Part shown: positions 53,741-63,400 of the stretch, one piece after another
How the letters are laid out: the number at the start of each line of letters is the position of its first letter
Position numbering within the stretch: position 1 is the first letter of the stretch
NCBI GenBank assembly: GCA_035946615.1
Contig: DASYZB010000008.1
Span: 40,273 to 104,272, forward strand
DNA from: Verrucomicrobiia bacterium
GTDB lineage: Bacteria > Verrucomicrobiota > Verrucomicrobiia > Limisphaerales > UBA8199
Length of the DNA: 64,000 nucleotides
Reading direction: 5' to 3'
The notes under the pieces: model-generated
What the model was told of the DNA's origin: nothing
The model's database searches: none
What the model saw: the letters and a program-made list of their open reading frames with translations, nothing else
Position numbers and translations under genes: made by a program

Positions 53741-54142
53741 TGATGGCAAGTTAGGTATTACTCAAAGTATGAGCAACACCAAAAACACGGCATTAGCCCT
53801 TTTTAAGATCATCATTAATATTTGGGAAAAGTCCGCAGCGTGGACGGAAAGCAAAAGCGTGGTGCAGGATGAAAACAAGTGCAAATGCCGGCGAAAACAA
53901 CCGTGAAATTCCGAATGCAGACTTGCGGCGAAGGATTGAAAAGCGTGCGTGTCACCTCTGGCTTGGGAACGGCGGCGGGCACGGTGATCACGAGCGTCAC
54001 TGGTTTACAGGCGGAAAGGGAACTGACGGAAGGGACAAAGCATGGAGGGAAGCCGCAATCCGAGGCTCGTTCCCGCAACAAAACCGCCAAGCCGCGTCAG
54101 GGACATTGTCAAGATCACTTACAACCAGAAAATCTGCGAAAT

Positions 54143-54574
54143 ATGAAAACAGCAAAGGACCTCCTCGAAACATACCTCGCCGCCATTTCCGCGGGCGAGG
54201 TGGAAAGAGCGATAGCGCTATTCGCGGACGATGGCGGAATTGAATTTCCCTATTTCGGGTCGGTCAACCTGCCGATCCGCTACCAGGGGCCGGAGGCTTT
54301 GAGGCGGTTTTTTGTCCCCGTCGTGGATGGGGCAGAGAATTTCAAGTTCCAGAACATCAAAATTTTCCCTGGCGAAGACGAAAATCACGTCTCAGGTGAG
54401 TACGAGGTGGATGCGGTAATTAAAAAAACGGCCCGACGCTACCGGCAGCTTTACGGAGGCCGGCTCATTGCAGAAAACGGAAGGATAAAGCTCTTGCGGG
54501 AATTTTGCGACACCGTGGAAGTTGCGCGCGCCATGTTCCCCAACGGCGTGAAAGATTTGGTGCAGAAAGATTAA
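54143..54574 (+). CDS. SnoaL/NTF2-like small protein
   Basis: I prefer ATG 54143 (MKTAKDLLETYLAAISAGEVERAIALFADDGGIEFPY), giving 143 aa. The track ORF start at 53879 adds 88 implausible residues. Confidence 0.6.
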   Translation: MKTAKDLLETYLAAISAGEVERAIALFADDGGIEFPYFGSVNLPIRYQGPEALRRFFVPVVDGAENFKFQNIKIFPGEDENHVSGEYEVDAVIKKTARRYRQLYGGRLIAENGRIKLLREFCDTVEVARAMFPNGVKDLVQKD

Positions 54575-54595
54575 CCGAGAACAAGGAAACACATA

Positions 54596-55195
54596 ATGAC
54601 CAAGATACTCGTCCTCTATTACTCAATGTATGGCCACATCGAAATCATGGCCAAAGCCGTCGCCGAAGGCGTCCGTTCGGCGAATGCCGATGTGGTGATA
54701 AAGCGCGTTCCCGATACGATGGTGCCCGAACTGGCCAAGCAATACGGGGCGAAGCTTGAGCAGGAGGCGCCGTTGGCGACGCCGGATGAACTTCCGCAAT
54801 ACGATGCCATCATTTTTGGCACTCCCACCAGATTTGGGAACATGGCTGGACAGATGCGGAACTTTCTCGACCAGACAGGAAAGTTGTGGCTCAAGGGCGC
54901 CCTTATCGGAAAAGTTGGCAGCGTTTTTACCAGCACCGGCACAGGCGGGGGGAATGAGTCTACCATTCTCACCTTCATTCCCACGTTGCTGCATCATGGC
55001 ATGATTTACGTGGGGTTGCCTTACGCAATCCCCGAGACGATGGATATCAGCGAAGTGCGCGGCGGGAGTCCCTACGGGGCTGGAACGATTGCGGCTCCTG
55101 ATGGCTCGCGCCTGCCAAGCGCCAAGGAATTGACGATGGCCCGATTTCAGGGCAAGCACGTCGCGGGCATCGCGGGAAAACTGAAAGCAAACTGA
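54596..55195 (+). CDS. wrbA: NAD(P)H:quinone oxidoreductase, WrbA type
   Basis: [26 protein letters not shown]...[12 protein letters not shown]...GGNESTI is a flavodoxin-like WrbA signature. Confidence 0.9.
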   Translation: MTKILVLYYSMYGHIEIMAKAVAEGVRSANADVVIKRVPDTMVPELAKQYGAKLEQEAPLATPDELPQYDAIIFGTPTRFGNMAGQMRNFLDQTGKLWLKGALIGKVGSVFTSTGTGGGNESTILTFIPTLLHHGMIYVGLPYAIPETMDISEVRGGSPYGAGTIAAPDGSRLPSAKELTMARFQGKHVAGIAGKLKAN

Positions 55196-55212
55196 CACTA
55201 CCGGATAATATA

Positions 55213-55365
55213 ATGGAAATCAGGACAATGGCTGACGAGCAGCGCAAAGCGATTGCGCTGGAATATTTGCGCCGCCTGGATCGCGGAGTCCAACAGTTGA
55301 CCCGGAGAACTTTTCGGAAAACGGCGCGCGGCCCGTGCAATTTCTTGGCCGTCATGGCCGGTTGA
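55213..55365 (+). pseudogene. possible decayed SnoaL/NTF2-like gene (N-terminal remnant)
   Basis: The 50-codon ORF reads MEIRTMADEQRKAIALEYLRRLDRGVQQ.. and then degenerates. A +2 frame continues as VDPENFSENGARPVQFLGRHG.., and no intact ORF follows. Support is weak. Confidence 0.25.
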
Positions 55366-56035
55366 TAGGTTGGGCGCGCTCGTTTTCCGGCTTGATGACG
55401 GTTACGGACAATACCATGGTGGGCGGCTGCCTTCCCAGGCCGTTGACCCGGATAGCAGGTCGTGACGTCACAGTCTCTGACGGCCACACCGTCGGAGAAA
55501 CGTTCTCCCGAAGAGTGCTCCTGCAAAGTTCCCAACGCCAAGAGCTGGCCCGCAGCCGACCCGCTGCCAACCGCACCACGACACCTTCGGCCGGCCCGCA
55601 CCAAAGGGTTGACTCCGTCCCGCCGTGGTGGCATCCAATTCCTTGCCTGCAAAACGTGGCGAGGGAGACCGGCCTCGGCCGCTGGCTGCCCGGTTTCCTT
55701 CGTTCCAATTTGTTAGCCGATTCCAACCTCCACCTTCTGATGATGCCCCCAGAAAACTGAACGAAATCAAAGAAAGCAGTTGACGCGTCTGAGCAGGAAT
55801 TGCTTTTTGGCACGCGAATTGTTTTGTACGCTGCGCGGGTGAGGGGAGATTTGTGCGTAGACGAGGAGGGCCACCAGGGCTGCAGCCAATGTCAACATTG
55901 CGAGTCTCTTTCCGGCGCCTGACTTCATTTAGTTGCCTTCTCCGGAGGGGCGGTTTGGAGCTCAACCTTGTCCAGGACGACCGCAAAGGAGAAGGAAGAC
56001 TCCAAAAACGGTGGCTGTTGTGTAGAAGGAGGGTT

Positions 56036-57196
56036 TCATGAATGCCGGTGAGTTTGCCTGCTCTTCGGGCGCCTTAGAATCTGCGATTCCAGCATAGCCA
56101 GAACCCGGTCCAGCTCGTCGATCGTCGTCCCGAAACCGAGGCTGAAGCGTACTGCGCCAAGGCCCGCCGGCTCAGAAACACCCATCGCCTTTAGGACGGG
56201 CGAAAGCTCGTGGCGCCCGCTGTGACAGGCCGAGCCAGTGGAGGCAGCGACACCCTCCAGCGCCGCCAGCACTTCGCTGCCGATGTGTCCGGGAAAGGTG
56301 ACGTTGAGTGTGTTTGGCAGACGTTTCGAGACATGCCCGTTGAGACGCAGGGCGTCTCCGAACAAGCGCGTCATTCCGGTGTGGAAATAGTCCCGCAGTT
56401 CGGTCAGATGAGTGCGACGGGCTTCCAGGTTCGCTTTGGCCAGTTCGCATGCCGCCCCGAGCGCGACGTCCAGCAGCACGTTTTCCGTTCCTGCCCGGCG
56501 GCCCGCCTCGTGTCCGGCTCCGTGCATCAAGGGCTCGATATGAAGGCCTTGCCGGACATAGAGAGCCCCAACGCCCTTGGGTGCATAAAGCTTGTGGCCG
56601 GCGACCGAGAGCAGGTCCACGCCCAGGTCCGCAACCTGTGTGGGAATCTTGCCGGCGGACTGCGCAGCATCGGTGTGCAGCAGCACCCCGTGCTCTCTGG
56701 TAATGCGGGCGATTTCCACAATCGGCTGGATGGTGCCCACCTCGTTATTGGCGTGCATCACACTGACGAGGATCGTGCCCGGCCTGATACTCTGCCGGAC
56801 GTGTTCGGGAGAGACCCTGCCGGCGCCGTCCACCGGCAGGTAAGTCACCTCAGCGCCCAAGCGCTCGAGGAAGCGGCAGGGTTGAAGCAATGCGGGATGC
56901 TCGACCTGCGTGGTGATGATGTGATTGCCCTTGCGACTCGGCGAAAAGAACACGCCCTTGATGGCGTGGTTGTTGGCTTCTGTGCCGCCGCTGGTGAAAA
57001 CGACTTCTTCTGCGGCGCAACCGAGCAGTCCGGCCACTTGCCTTCGGGCATTTTCAACCGCCTGCTTCGCCGGCGCCCCAGCCCAGTGGGCGCTGGAGGG
57101 GTTGCCATAATGCCCCATCAAAAACGGGCGCATGGCGTCGGCCACTTCGGGTGCAATCGGCGTGCTCGCGTTATAGTCTAAGTAAATTTGGCTCAT
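56036..57196 (-). CDS. cysteine desulfurase (class V aminotransferase, NifS/IscS-like)
   Basis: The motifs MSQIYLDYNASTP, the PLP-lysine motif SVAGHKLYAPKGVGALYVR, and the active-site loop STGSACHS are all present. Confidence 0.9.
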   Translation of the reverse strand: MSQIYLDYNASTPIAPEVADAMRPFLMGHYGNPSSAHWAGAPAKQAVENARRQVAGLLGCAAEEVVFTSGGTEANNHAIKGVFFSPSRKGNHIITTQVEHPALLQPCRFLERLGAEVTYLPVDGAGRVSPEHVRQSIRPGTILVSVMHANNEVGTIQPIVEIARITREHGVLLHTDAAQSAGKIPTQVADLGVDLLSVAGHKLYAPKGVGALYVRQGLHIEPLMHGAGHEAGRRAGTENVLLDVALGAACELAKANLEARRTHLTELRDYFHTGMTRLFGDALRLNGHVSKRLPNTLNVTFPGHIGSEVLAALEGVAASTGSACHSGRHELSPVLKAMGVSEPAGLGAVRFSLGFGTTIDELDRVLAMLESQILRRPKSRQTHRHS

Positions 57197-57257
57197 AGCA
57201 TCTTCGCAATTTCCGCGGGCTTGACAACGTGCTGTGATTATTCAATTATTCTCTTGA

Positions 57258-58028
57258 ATGTTATCCAGAACAAACGAGAGTGCAAGGGCTGGCTCAAAGC
57301 GACGCCTGTACGTCCACTTCGCCGAGGTCGCCAAGGCGCTGGGGAGCGGTCACCGACTGGAGTTGCTCGAACTGCTGGCGCAAGGGGAGCGTTCCGTGGA
57401 GGAACTGGCTGACCTGGCTGGTCTGACGATCGCTAATGCCTCTCAGCATTTGCTGCACCTCCGGCGGGCGGGCTTGGTGACAAGCCGAAAAGAGGGGAAA
57501 TACGTTTTCTACCTGTTACCGGACGATGCAGTGCTAAGCCTGATCACTGCCCTGCGGGTAGTGGCGGAACGGAACTACGCCGAGGCGGCCCGGGTCGTGG
57601 ACCTGTATTTTCGTCAGCGCGATGCCTTGGAACCGGTTTCCCGCGAAGAGTTGCAGCGGCGAAAGCGTGACGGTTCGGTCACGATGCTGGATGTCCGGCC
57701 CGCCGAGGAGTTCGCAGCGGGGCACATTGAGGGTGCGATCAACATCCCCATCAAAGAGTTGGAGCGACGGCTGGCTGAGGTTGGGCGGGGGCGCGAGATT
57801 GTAGCCTATTGCAGGGGGCCCTATTGCGTCATGGCTTTCGAGGCGGTGGAACGGCTTCGGAAGAGGGGCTTTCAGGTTCGACGCTTGGTTGATGGCTACC
57901 CAGAGTGGCGGCTAGCGGGCCTGCCAGTGTCGTCGGAGCTGCCAGGCGGGAAATCGGTGCTGGGCCGATCCGGAATGGGGGCCAGGAGGAAGTTGGGCGG
58001 TTCGAGCTCCGGCAGAAGAATTCGTTAG
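57258..58028 (+). CDS. ArsR/SmtB-family regulator fused to a rhodanese domain
   Basis: The HTH region reads RLELLELLAQGERSVEELADLAGLTIANASQHLLHLRRAGLV. The rhodanese domain reads MLDVRPAEEFAAGHIEGAINIP, with the active-site loop VAYCRGPYC. Confidence 0.85.
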   Translation: MLSRTNESARAGSKRRLYVHFAEVAKALGSGHRLELLELLAQGERSVEELADLAGLTIANASQHLLHLRRAGLVTSRKEGKYVFYLLPDDAVLSLITALRVVAERNYAEAARVVDLYFRQRDALEPVSREELQRRKRDGSVTMLDVRPAEEFAAGHIEGAINIPIKELERRLAEVGRGREIVAYCRGPYCVMAFEAVERLRKRGFQVRRLVDGYPEWRLAGLPVSSELPGGKSVLGRSGMGARRKLGGSSSGRRIR

Positions 58029-58038
58029 GGAAACCGAA

Positions 58039-58647
58039 ATGAGCAGCACCGAGGTTGAATTTTGGGACAAGCGCTATCGCACTGGGCGTACGCCGTGGGA
58101 TTTTCGCGGTGTGCCGCTGGCGTTAATGGAGTGGCTGCAAAAAAACGAGGCTCCGGGGCGGGTCTTGATCCCCGGCTGCGGTTCAGGTTACGAGGTCCGG
58201 GCTTTTGCGGAGCGCGGCTGGGATGTGCTCGCGGTTGATTTCTCGCCTTCGGCAGTCCAACGGGCCCAAAGCGAATTGGGCACTTTGGGCAAACGGGTGA
58301 TGCTTGGGGATTTTTTCAACGCCGACTTCGCCGATCGCAAGTTCGATCTGGTTTACGAACGGACCTTTCTGTGTTCATTGCCACCCGGCAGGTGGCATGA
58401 TTATGCGGGGCATGTTGCAAGCACGCTGATAGACGGTGGAAAACTGCTCGGCTTCTTCTACTATGGAGTGGAGGACGAGCCGCCACCATTTCCATTGTCT
58501 CGTGAAGTGGCACAGTCACTTTTTGGGGGAAAGTTCGTTTGCCTTGAAGATGATGCGGCGTTGGATTCGTTGACTCTGTTTGCCGGACATGAGCGCTGGC
58601 AGGTTTGGGAAAAAAGGTCCAACAAGAGCGGGCCAGCAGCTGGATGA
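58039..58647 (+). CDS. TPMT-family SAM-dependent (thiol/halide-type) methyltransferase
   Basis: The motifs FWDKRYRTGRTPWD and the SAM motif RVLIPGCGSGYEVRAFAERGWDVLAVDFS are present in a protein of about 200 aa. Confidence 0.7.
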   Translation: MSSTEVEFWDKRYRTGRTPWDFRGVPLALMEWLQKNEAPGRVLIPGCGSGYEVRAFAERGWDVLAVDFSPSAVQRAQSELGTLGKRVMLGDFFNADFADRKFDLVYERTFLCSLPPGRWHDYAGHVASTLIDGGKLLGFFYYGVEDEPPPFPLSREVAQSLFGGKFVCLEDDAALDSLTLFAGHERWQVWEKRSNKSGPAAG

Positions 58648-59435
58648 AAACACCCCCTTTACTCAGGAACAAGTTTTACCGGCGGCGGGCCGTATTCACG
58701 CCGGAGAATCTGCTGCGGGAGGCGCGGCGGCAGAGAGGAATTGCCAAGGGCAAGGTGCCAGGGATCTGCGTAATGGACCCCGACGGTGACCTGGTGAGGT
58801 ATTTGCGAAGGACGGGAGCCGCGAAGCTGAGCGCGGCTTGGGCGTGTTACCACACGGAGCTTTATGAGTTCGAGGCCGGCGGCGCCCGGCTGGGGGTGCT
58901 GGGTTGCGCGGTTGGTTCGTCGTTTGCGGTGCTGGTGGCGGAGGAAATGTTTGCGTCGGGGTGCGAGCTGGTGGTGAGCGTGACGTCGTCAGGGCAGATT
59001 CTGCCGGTGCGACAAACGCCCTATTTCTTGCTGGTGACGCGGGCGCTACGGGATGAGGGCACGAGCTATCACTATTTGCCGGCGTCGGATTACGCCGAGA
59101 TTCGTCCGGATGTGCTGCGGTTCGCGCGGCGGGCTTTGAAGGGCACCGAGGTCGCGATTGAGGAGGGGTCGGTGTGGACAACGGATGCGCCGTTTCGGGA
59201 AACGAAGGAAGCCATCGCACTGGCCAGGAAGGAACGACTGCTTGCGGTGGAGATGGAGAGCGCGGCGCTCTACGCGTTTTCTACCGCGCGGCGGAGACCA
59301 GTGCTGTGCCTGGCGCATGTGACGAACTGCATGGCGCAGACGGAGGGTGATTTTGAGAAGGGCGAGGCGGACGGGAGCGTGGCGGTGATGAAGTTGCTGG
59401 GGCGGATTGCCAAGGCACGGCGGAAACGACCTTGA
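58644..59435 (+). CDS. PNP/UDP-family nucleoside phosphorylase or nucleosidase
   Basis: The ATG overlaps the upstream stop (ATGA). The motifs GCAVGSSFAVLVAEEM and LLAVEMESAALYAF are typical of the PNP_UDP_1 fold. Confidence 0.65.
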   Translation: MKTPPLLRNKFYRRRAVFTPENLLREARRQRGIAKGKVPGICVMDPDGDLVRYLRRTGAAKLSAAWACYHTELYEFEAGGARLGVLGCAVGSSFAVLVAEEMFASGCELVVSVTSSGQILPVRQTPYFLLVTRALRDEGTSYHYLPASDYAEIRPDVLRFARRALKGTEVAIEEGSVWTTDAPFRETKEAIALARKERLLAVEMESAALYAFSTARRRPVLCLAHVTNCMAQTEGDFEKGEADGSVAVMKLLGRIAKARRKRP

Positions 59436-59506
59436 AAGATGGCGGTTGTCAGTGTGCCATGTGTGCAACCGGACACAGGGATGGTTTGGTGCATGGGTCC
59501 GATTCC

Positions 59507-60115
59507 TCAGTCTCCGTGGATCATCAAGGCGACCGCTATTGCGACCACATTGCGGCGAATAGCATTAACGGGGTAAAATGCAAGCATCCGCAACGATTCT
59601 TTTTCCGGTGAAGTCATCTGACTGCCCCAAATCGCTTGCAGCCTTTCCAAGCCGATGTCCTGAATTTTTCGCGCCCGTTCCTTGTGCGCGATGTTTTCCC
59701 GAATCGCCGCCAGATTGCCCTCGGCCTTTTCCGGTTGGCGCTCCAACAGTTCACGGGTTTTCTGGTCAATCTGGTTGTGCCGTTTGGAAAACTTTTTGAC
59801 CAGCTCCGGCGAGACGCCCTTGATTTCAAAATCGCCACGCGGTTTGTTTTCGATCTGGTAGCTGAATTTGACCAGCGAGCGTGCCAGTTCGTGGTAATAG
59901 ACATTTTCCACGAACTTTTGCGCCGCCAGCATTTCGTAATTTTGCAGCGCCTTCCATTTTTTCTCGACCGGATCAAAAGTGGCGTTGAACAGAATGCAAT
60001 GACTGTGTAGGTGCGGGTCCAGTGACCGTGAAGTCTCGTGCTGGAATACCGCCGCCACGATGTTGCCGGTGAGACGGTCGGTGCATTCCAAATTCTTGAA
60101 GCGCTCCTGCGCCAA
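59507..60115 (-). pseudogene. TrwC/TraI-type (MOBF) relaxase fragment
   Basis: AAVFQHETSRSLDPHLHSHCILFNATF matches the relaxase histidine motif (TrwC: RHDTSR..PQLHTH). The N-terminal ~100 aa, including the catalytic Tyr region, are missing: a stop lies at 60116-60118 and the only start is a TTG. The remnant is about 200 aa, far shorter than a full-length relaxase. Confidence 0.7.
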
Positions 60116-60117
60116 TC

Positions 60118-60304
60118 AGTTCCACCAGACGTGCGGCTGACCCTCGGCCATCGCGGAGCGATGGACCTACTGCCTTACCAGCTTGATCCTGCCCGCCTCG
60201 CGCTCCAACAACCGAGACAGCGCATCCTCATCGCTGATGCAGTCGGTCTCGGCAAGACCATCGAGTGCGGCATACTGGTCGCCGAAATTACCAAATACTT
60301 ATAA
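60118..60304 (+). pseudogene. SNF2-family helicase N-terminal fragment
   Basis: MDLLPYQLDPARLALQQPRQRILIADAVGLGKTIECGILVAEI carries the Q/motif I (GLGKT) region. The frame then stops after about 60 codons. Confidence 0.6.
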
Positions 60305-60310
60305 CCGAGG

Positions 60311-60387
60311 CCCCCCCCGGCGGTGGCGCCGCGTTGCGGATTGCCTCAACCCCGGAGCCCATAATGAGTTGATTCACCCGGGGGGGG
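60311..60387. repeat. C8GG ... CCG8 inverted repeat (10-bp perfect stem, 57-nt loop)
   Basis: ccccccccgg (60311-60320) is the reverse complement of ccgggggggg (60378-60387). Confidence 0.85.
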
Positions 60388-60468
60388 TACATAATTAATT
60401 GCTGCGCGGATCCTGGATTTCGCGATGTCGTATCGCAACCTCCTCTTCCCCGCACGGCTCAGGTCCTG

Positions 60469-63400
60469 ATGAAATGGCAAGGTCGCAAAAAGACCCATGA
60501 CGCAGGCGCTGCCGGCAAAGAAGCGTCCGAACCGCAGCCCACGAATCACCCCGCTGCGGCTGCCAAGAATAATTTTCCCATCGTTGGCGTGGGCGCTTCT
60601 GCCGGCGGCCTGGAGGCTTTCACCAGCCTGCTCCAGCACTTGCCCGCAGACACCGGCATGGCCTTTGTCCTTGTCCAGCATCTGGACCCCGACCACCCCA
60701 GTGCCCTGACTGAGCTGCTGACCCGCATTACCTCCCTCCCGGTCTGCGAGGTCACCGATAGGCTCCGAGTCCAGCCCAACCACGTCTATGTCATCCCGCC
60801 CAATGCCGCCATGATAATGGAGCAGGGTACCCTCAGGCTCCAACGCCGCCAGGTGAAGCGGGGCGCCCTTAGGGCGATCGACCACTTTTTCGAATCCCTC
60901 GCTTTGGACCAGCGCGAATGCGCCGTTGGCATCGTTCTCTCCGGCACCGCCTCCGACGGCACCTTCGGCCTGGAGGCCATCAAGGCTGAAGGGGGCATTA
61001 CCTTCGCCCAGGACGCTTCCGCCAAATACGACTCGATGCCCCGCAGCGCCGTTGCCGCGGGCTGCGTGGACCTCGTCCTCTCCCCCGAATTGATGGCGCA
61101 GGAACTGGCCCGGATTGCCCGCCATCCTTCCCTCCAGAAAGGCCTGTCGGCCGCCGGCCCTTCAGCCGCCACGGCAGCACGGGAGGACTCAGTTGAGGCT
61201 CTCCCCGCCTCGGCCGAGGAGCAGAACGACCTCAAAAAAGTCCTCCTCCACCTGCGTAGTCATTCCGGCGTCGATTTCTCCCTTTACAAACCCAGCACCA
61301 TCCATCGCCGCATCGCCCGGCGCATGGTCCTAAACAAAGCCGAAACCCTCGACGCCTACGCACATGCCCTCCGGCGTGACGCCGCCGAACTCGATGCCCT
61401 TTACCGCGACATCCTCATCAGTGTCACCAGTTTTTTCCGCAATCCGGAGGCGTTTGAAGTTCTCCAGCGCAAGGTCTTTCCCAAGCTCCTCGAGCAGAGC
61501 CCGGATGAATCCGTCCGCTTCTGGGTCCTGGGCTGCTCGACCGGGCAGGAACCCTATTCCCTGGCCATGGCCTACACCGAGTTCGCCGAACGCATGCTCG
61601 GTGCTCCCAAACTGCAAATCTTCGCCAGCGACCTCAACGAGCAGTTGCTCGAAAAAGCTCGCCAGGGCCTCTACCCCGAGAGCCTGGTTCACGATGTTTC
61701 CCCGGAGCGCCGCCGCCGCTTCTTTACCGAGGAGCCCGGCGGTGGCTTTCGCATCAACAAGGCCCTGCGCGACGCCGTCATCTTCGCCCGGCACAATGTT
61801 CTGACCGATCCGCCCTTCAGCCGCCTCGATCTCATCAGTTGCCGCAATCTGCTGATTTACCTCAATAAAGATTTGCATGGCCGCATCTTGTCCGCCTTCC
61901 ACTACGGCCTCAAACCCGGCGGCTGCCTGTTTCTGGGCGTGTCCGAATCCGCCAGCGAATCCCGCGACCTCTTTGAGCCCGTGGACAAAAAGCTCCGCAT
62001 CTTTGTGCGCAAACCCGGGCCGAGCCCCACCTGGCAAGTCCCGGTCGCCCGCCGTTCGACTCCGCGCCAACAAGAAGCTGGCGCCGTTCCTGGGGTCGCG
62101 CTGCCCGCCGGGATCACAGCGGAATTGAACGCCCAGCGTGAAGCCGACCGCCTCCTGGTCAGCCAATTCGCTCCGGCGAGCGTGCTCATTAACGCGGAGT
62201 CGCAGATCCTTCAGTTCCGCGGGGCGACCGGCCCTTTTCTCGAACCGGCCATCGGCAAAGCCACGCATGACCTGCTGAAGATGGCCTGCGAAGGTCTCAA
62301 AGCTCCATTGCGCGCGTTGCTCGAGCAGGCCAAGGCGCAGGACAACCCGTTCCGCAAGCAAGGCATTCGACTTCGTCACGATGGCCAGCTGCGGACGGTG
62401 AATCTCGAAGTCATTCCCCTTAAGAATCTGAAAGAGCGTTGTTACCTCGTGCTCTTCCACGAGGCCGTAGCCAGCGGCTCCACCCAGGCGCGAGCGCGAC
62501 GCGAACCCGCGCCTCCCGTCCTGGCCGCCCCCGGTGAAATCGGTGAACCGGCCCTGCGCCGGCGCATCGCCCAACTCGAACGCGAGCTGGCCGAGACCCG
62601 CGATTACCTTCAGTCCATCCAGGAGCAATATGAAGCCGCCAACGAGCAGCTCCAGTTCGTTAACGAGGAGGCTACCTCCGGCAACGAAGAGCTCCAGAGC
62701 ATCAACGAAGAACTCGAAACCTCCAAAGAAGAACTCGAGTCCAGCAACGAAGAGCTCACTACCGTCAACGAGGAACTTGGCGGCCGAAATGCCGAGCTCA
62801 ACCGCCTGATCGCCGAGCTGCACAATTTTCATATCAGCATCAACACCCCGATTCTCGTGCTGGGCCGCGACCTGACCGTCCGCCGCTTCACCCCGCCGGT
62901 GACAAAGATTTTTAACCTGCTGGCCGGGGACGTTGGCCGGGCCCTGAGCGGCGTTCGTTACAACCTCGATCTGCCCGAGCTGGAAGAGTTGCTGGCCGAG
63001 GTCGTCGCCACCGGCCGCCCGCTGCAGCGGGAGGTGCGCGACAAAGCCGGCCATTCCTACGACCTGCGCGCGCGCCCCTTTCTCACCCTCGACAACCGCA
63101 TCGACGGGGTGGTGCTCATGCTCCTGGATATTGAGGCGCTCAAAAAGGCCGAACACGAGGTCCGCGAGAGCCGCGACTATGCCCAGGCCGTGGTTGAATC
63201 CGTTTCCCCGCTCCTCATCCTCAAGCCCGGCCTGCAGGTCCTCACTGCCAATGCCTCTTTTTACCGCGCCTTCCAGGTCACCCCCGAACAGACCCTCGGT
63301 CGTCTGGTGTACGAACTGGGCAATGGCCAATGGAACATCCCGAAACTGCGCAGCCTTTTGGAGGAAATCCTCCCGTGCGACCGCGTGTTCCGGGACTACG

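Noticed and set aside
55808-55822. TGGCAC-N5-TTGT, a sigma-54-like promoter motif.
   Set aside because: The -12 element is imperfect (TTGT rather than TTGC). No plus-strand gene lies downstream before 57258. I mention it only inside the orphan-region finding.
56038-56097. 19-codon plus-strand ORF (MNAGEFACSSGALESAIPA) preceded by a near-perfect AGGAGG 5 nt upstream.
   Set aside because: It overlaps the 3' end of the cysteine desulfurase gene in antisense, it is very short, and there is no supporting context. It is probably a chance occurrence, though ribosome profiling could revisit it.
57999-58010. GGTTCGAGCTCC, a T-arm-like string checked during my scan for tRNA genes.
   Set aside because: It lies inside the ArsR-rhodanese coding frame with no flanking acceptor or anticodon stems. 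I recognised no tRNA, rRNA or tmRNA gene anywhere in the window.
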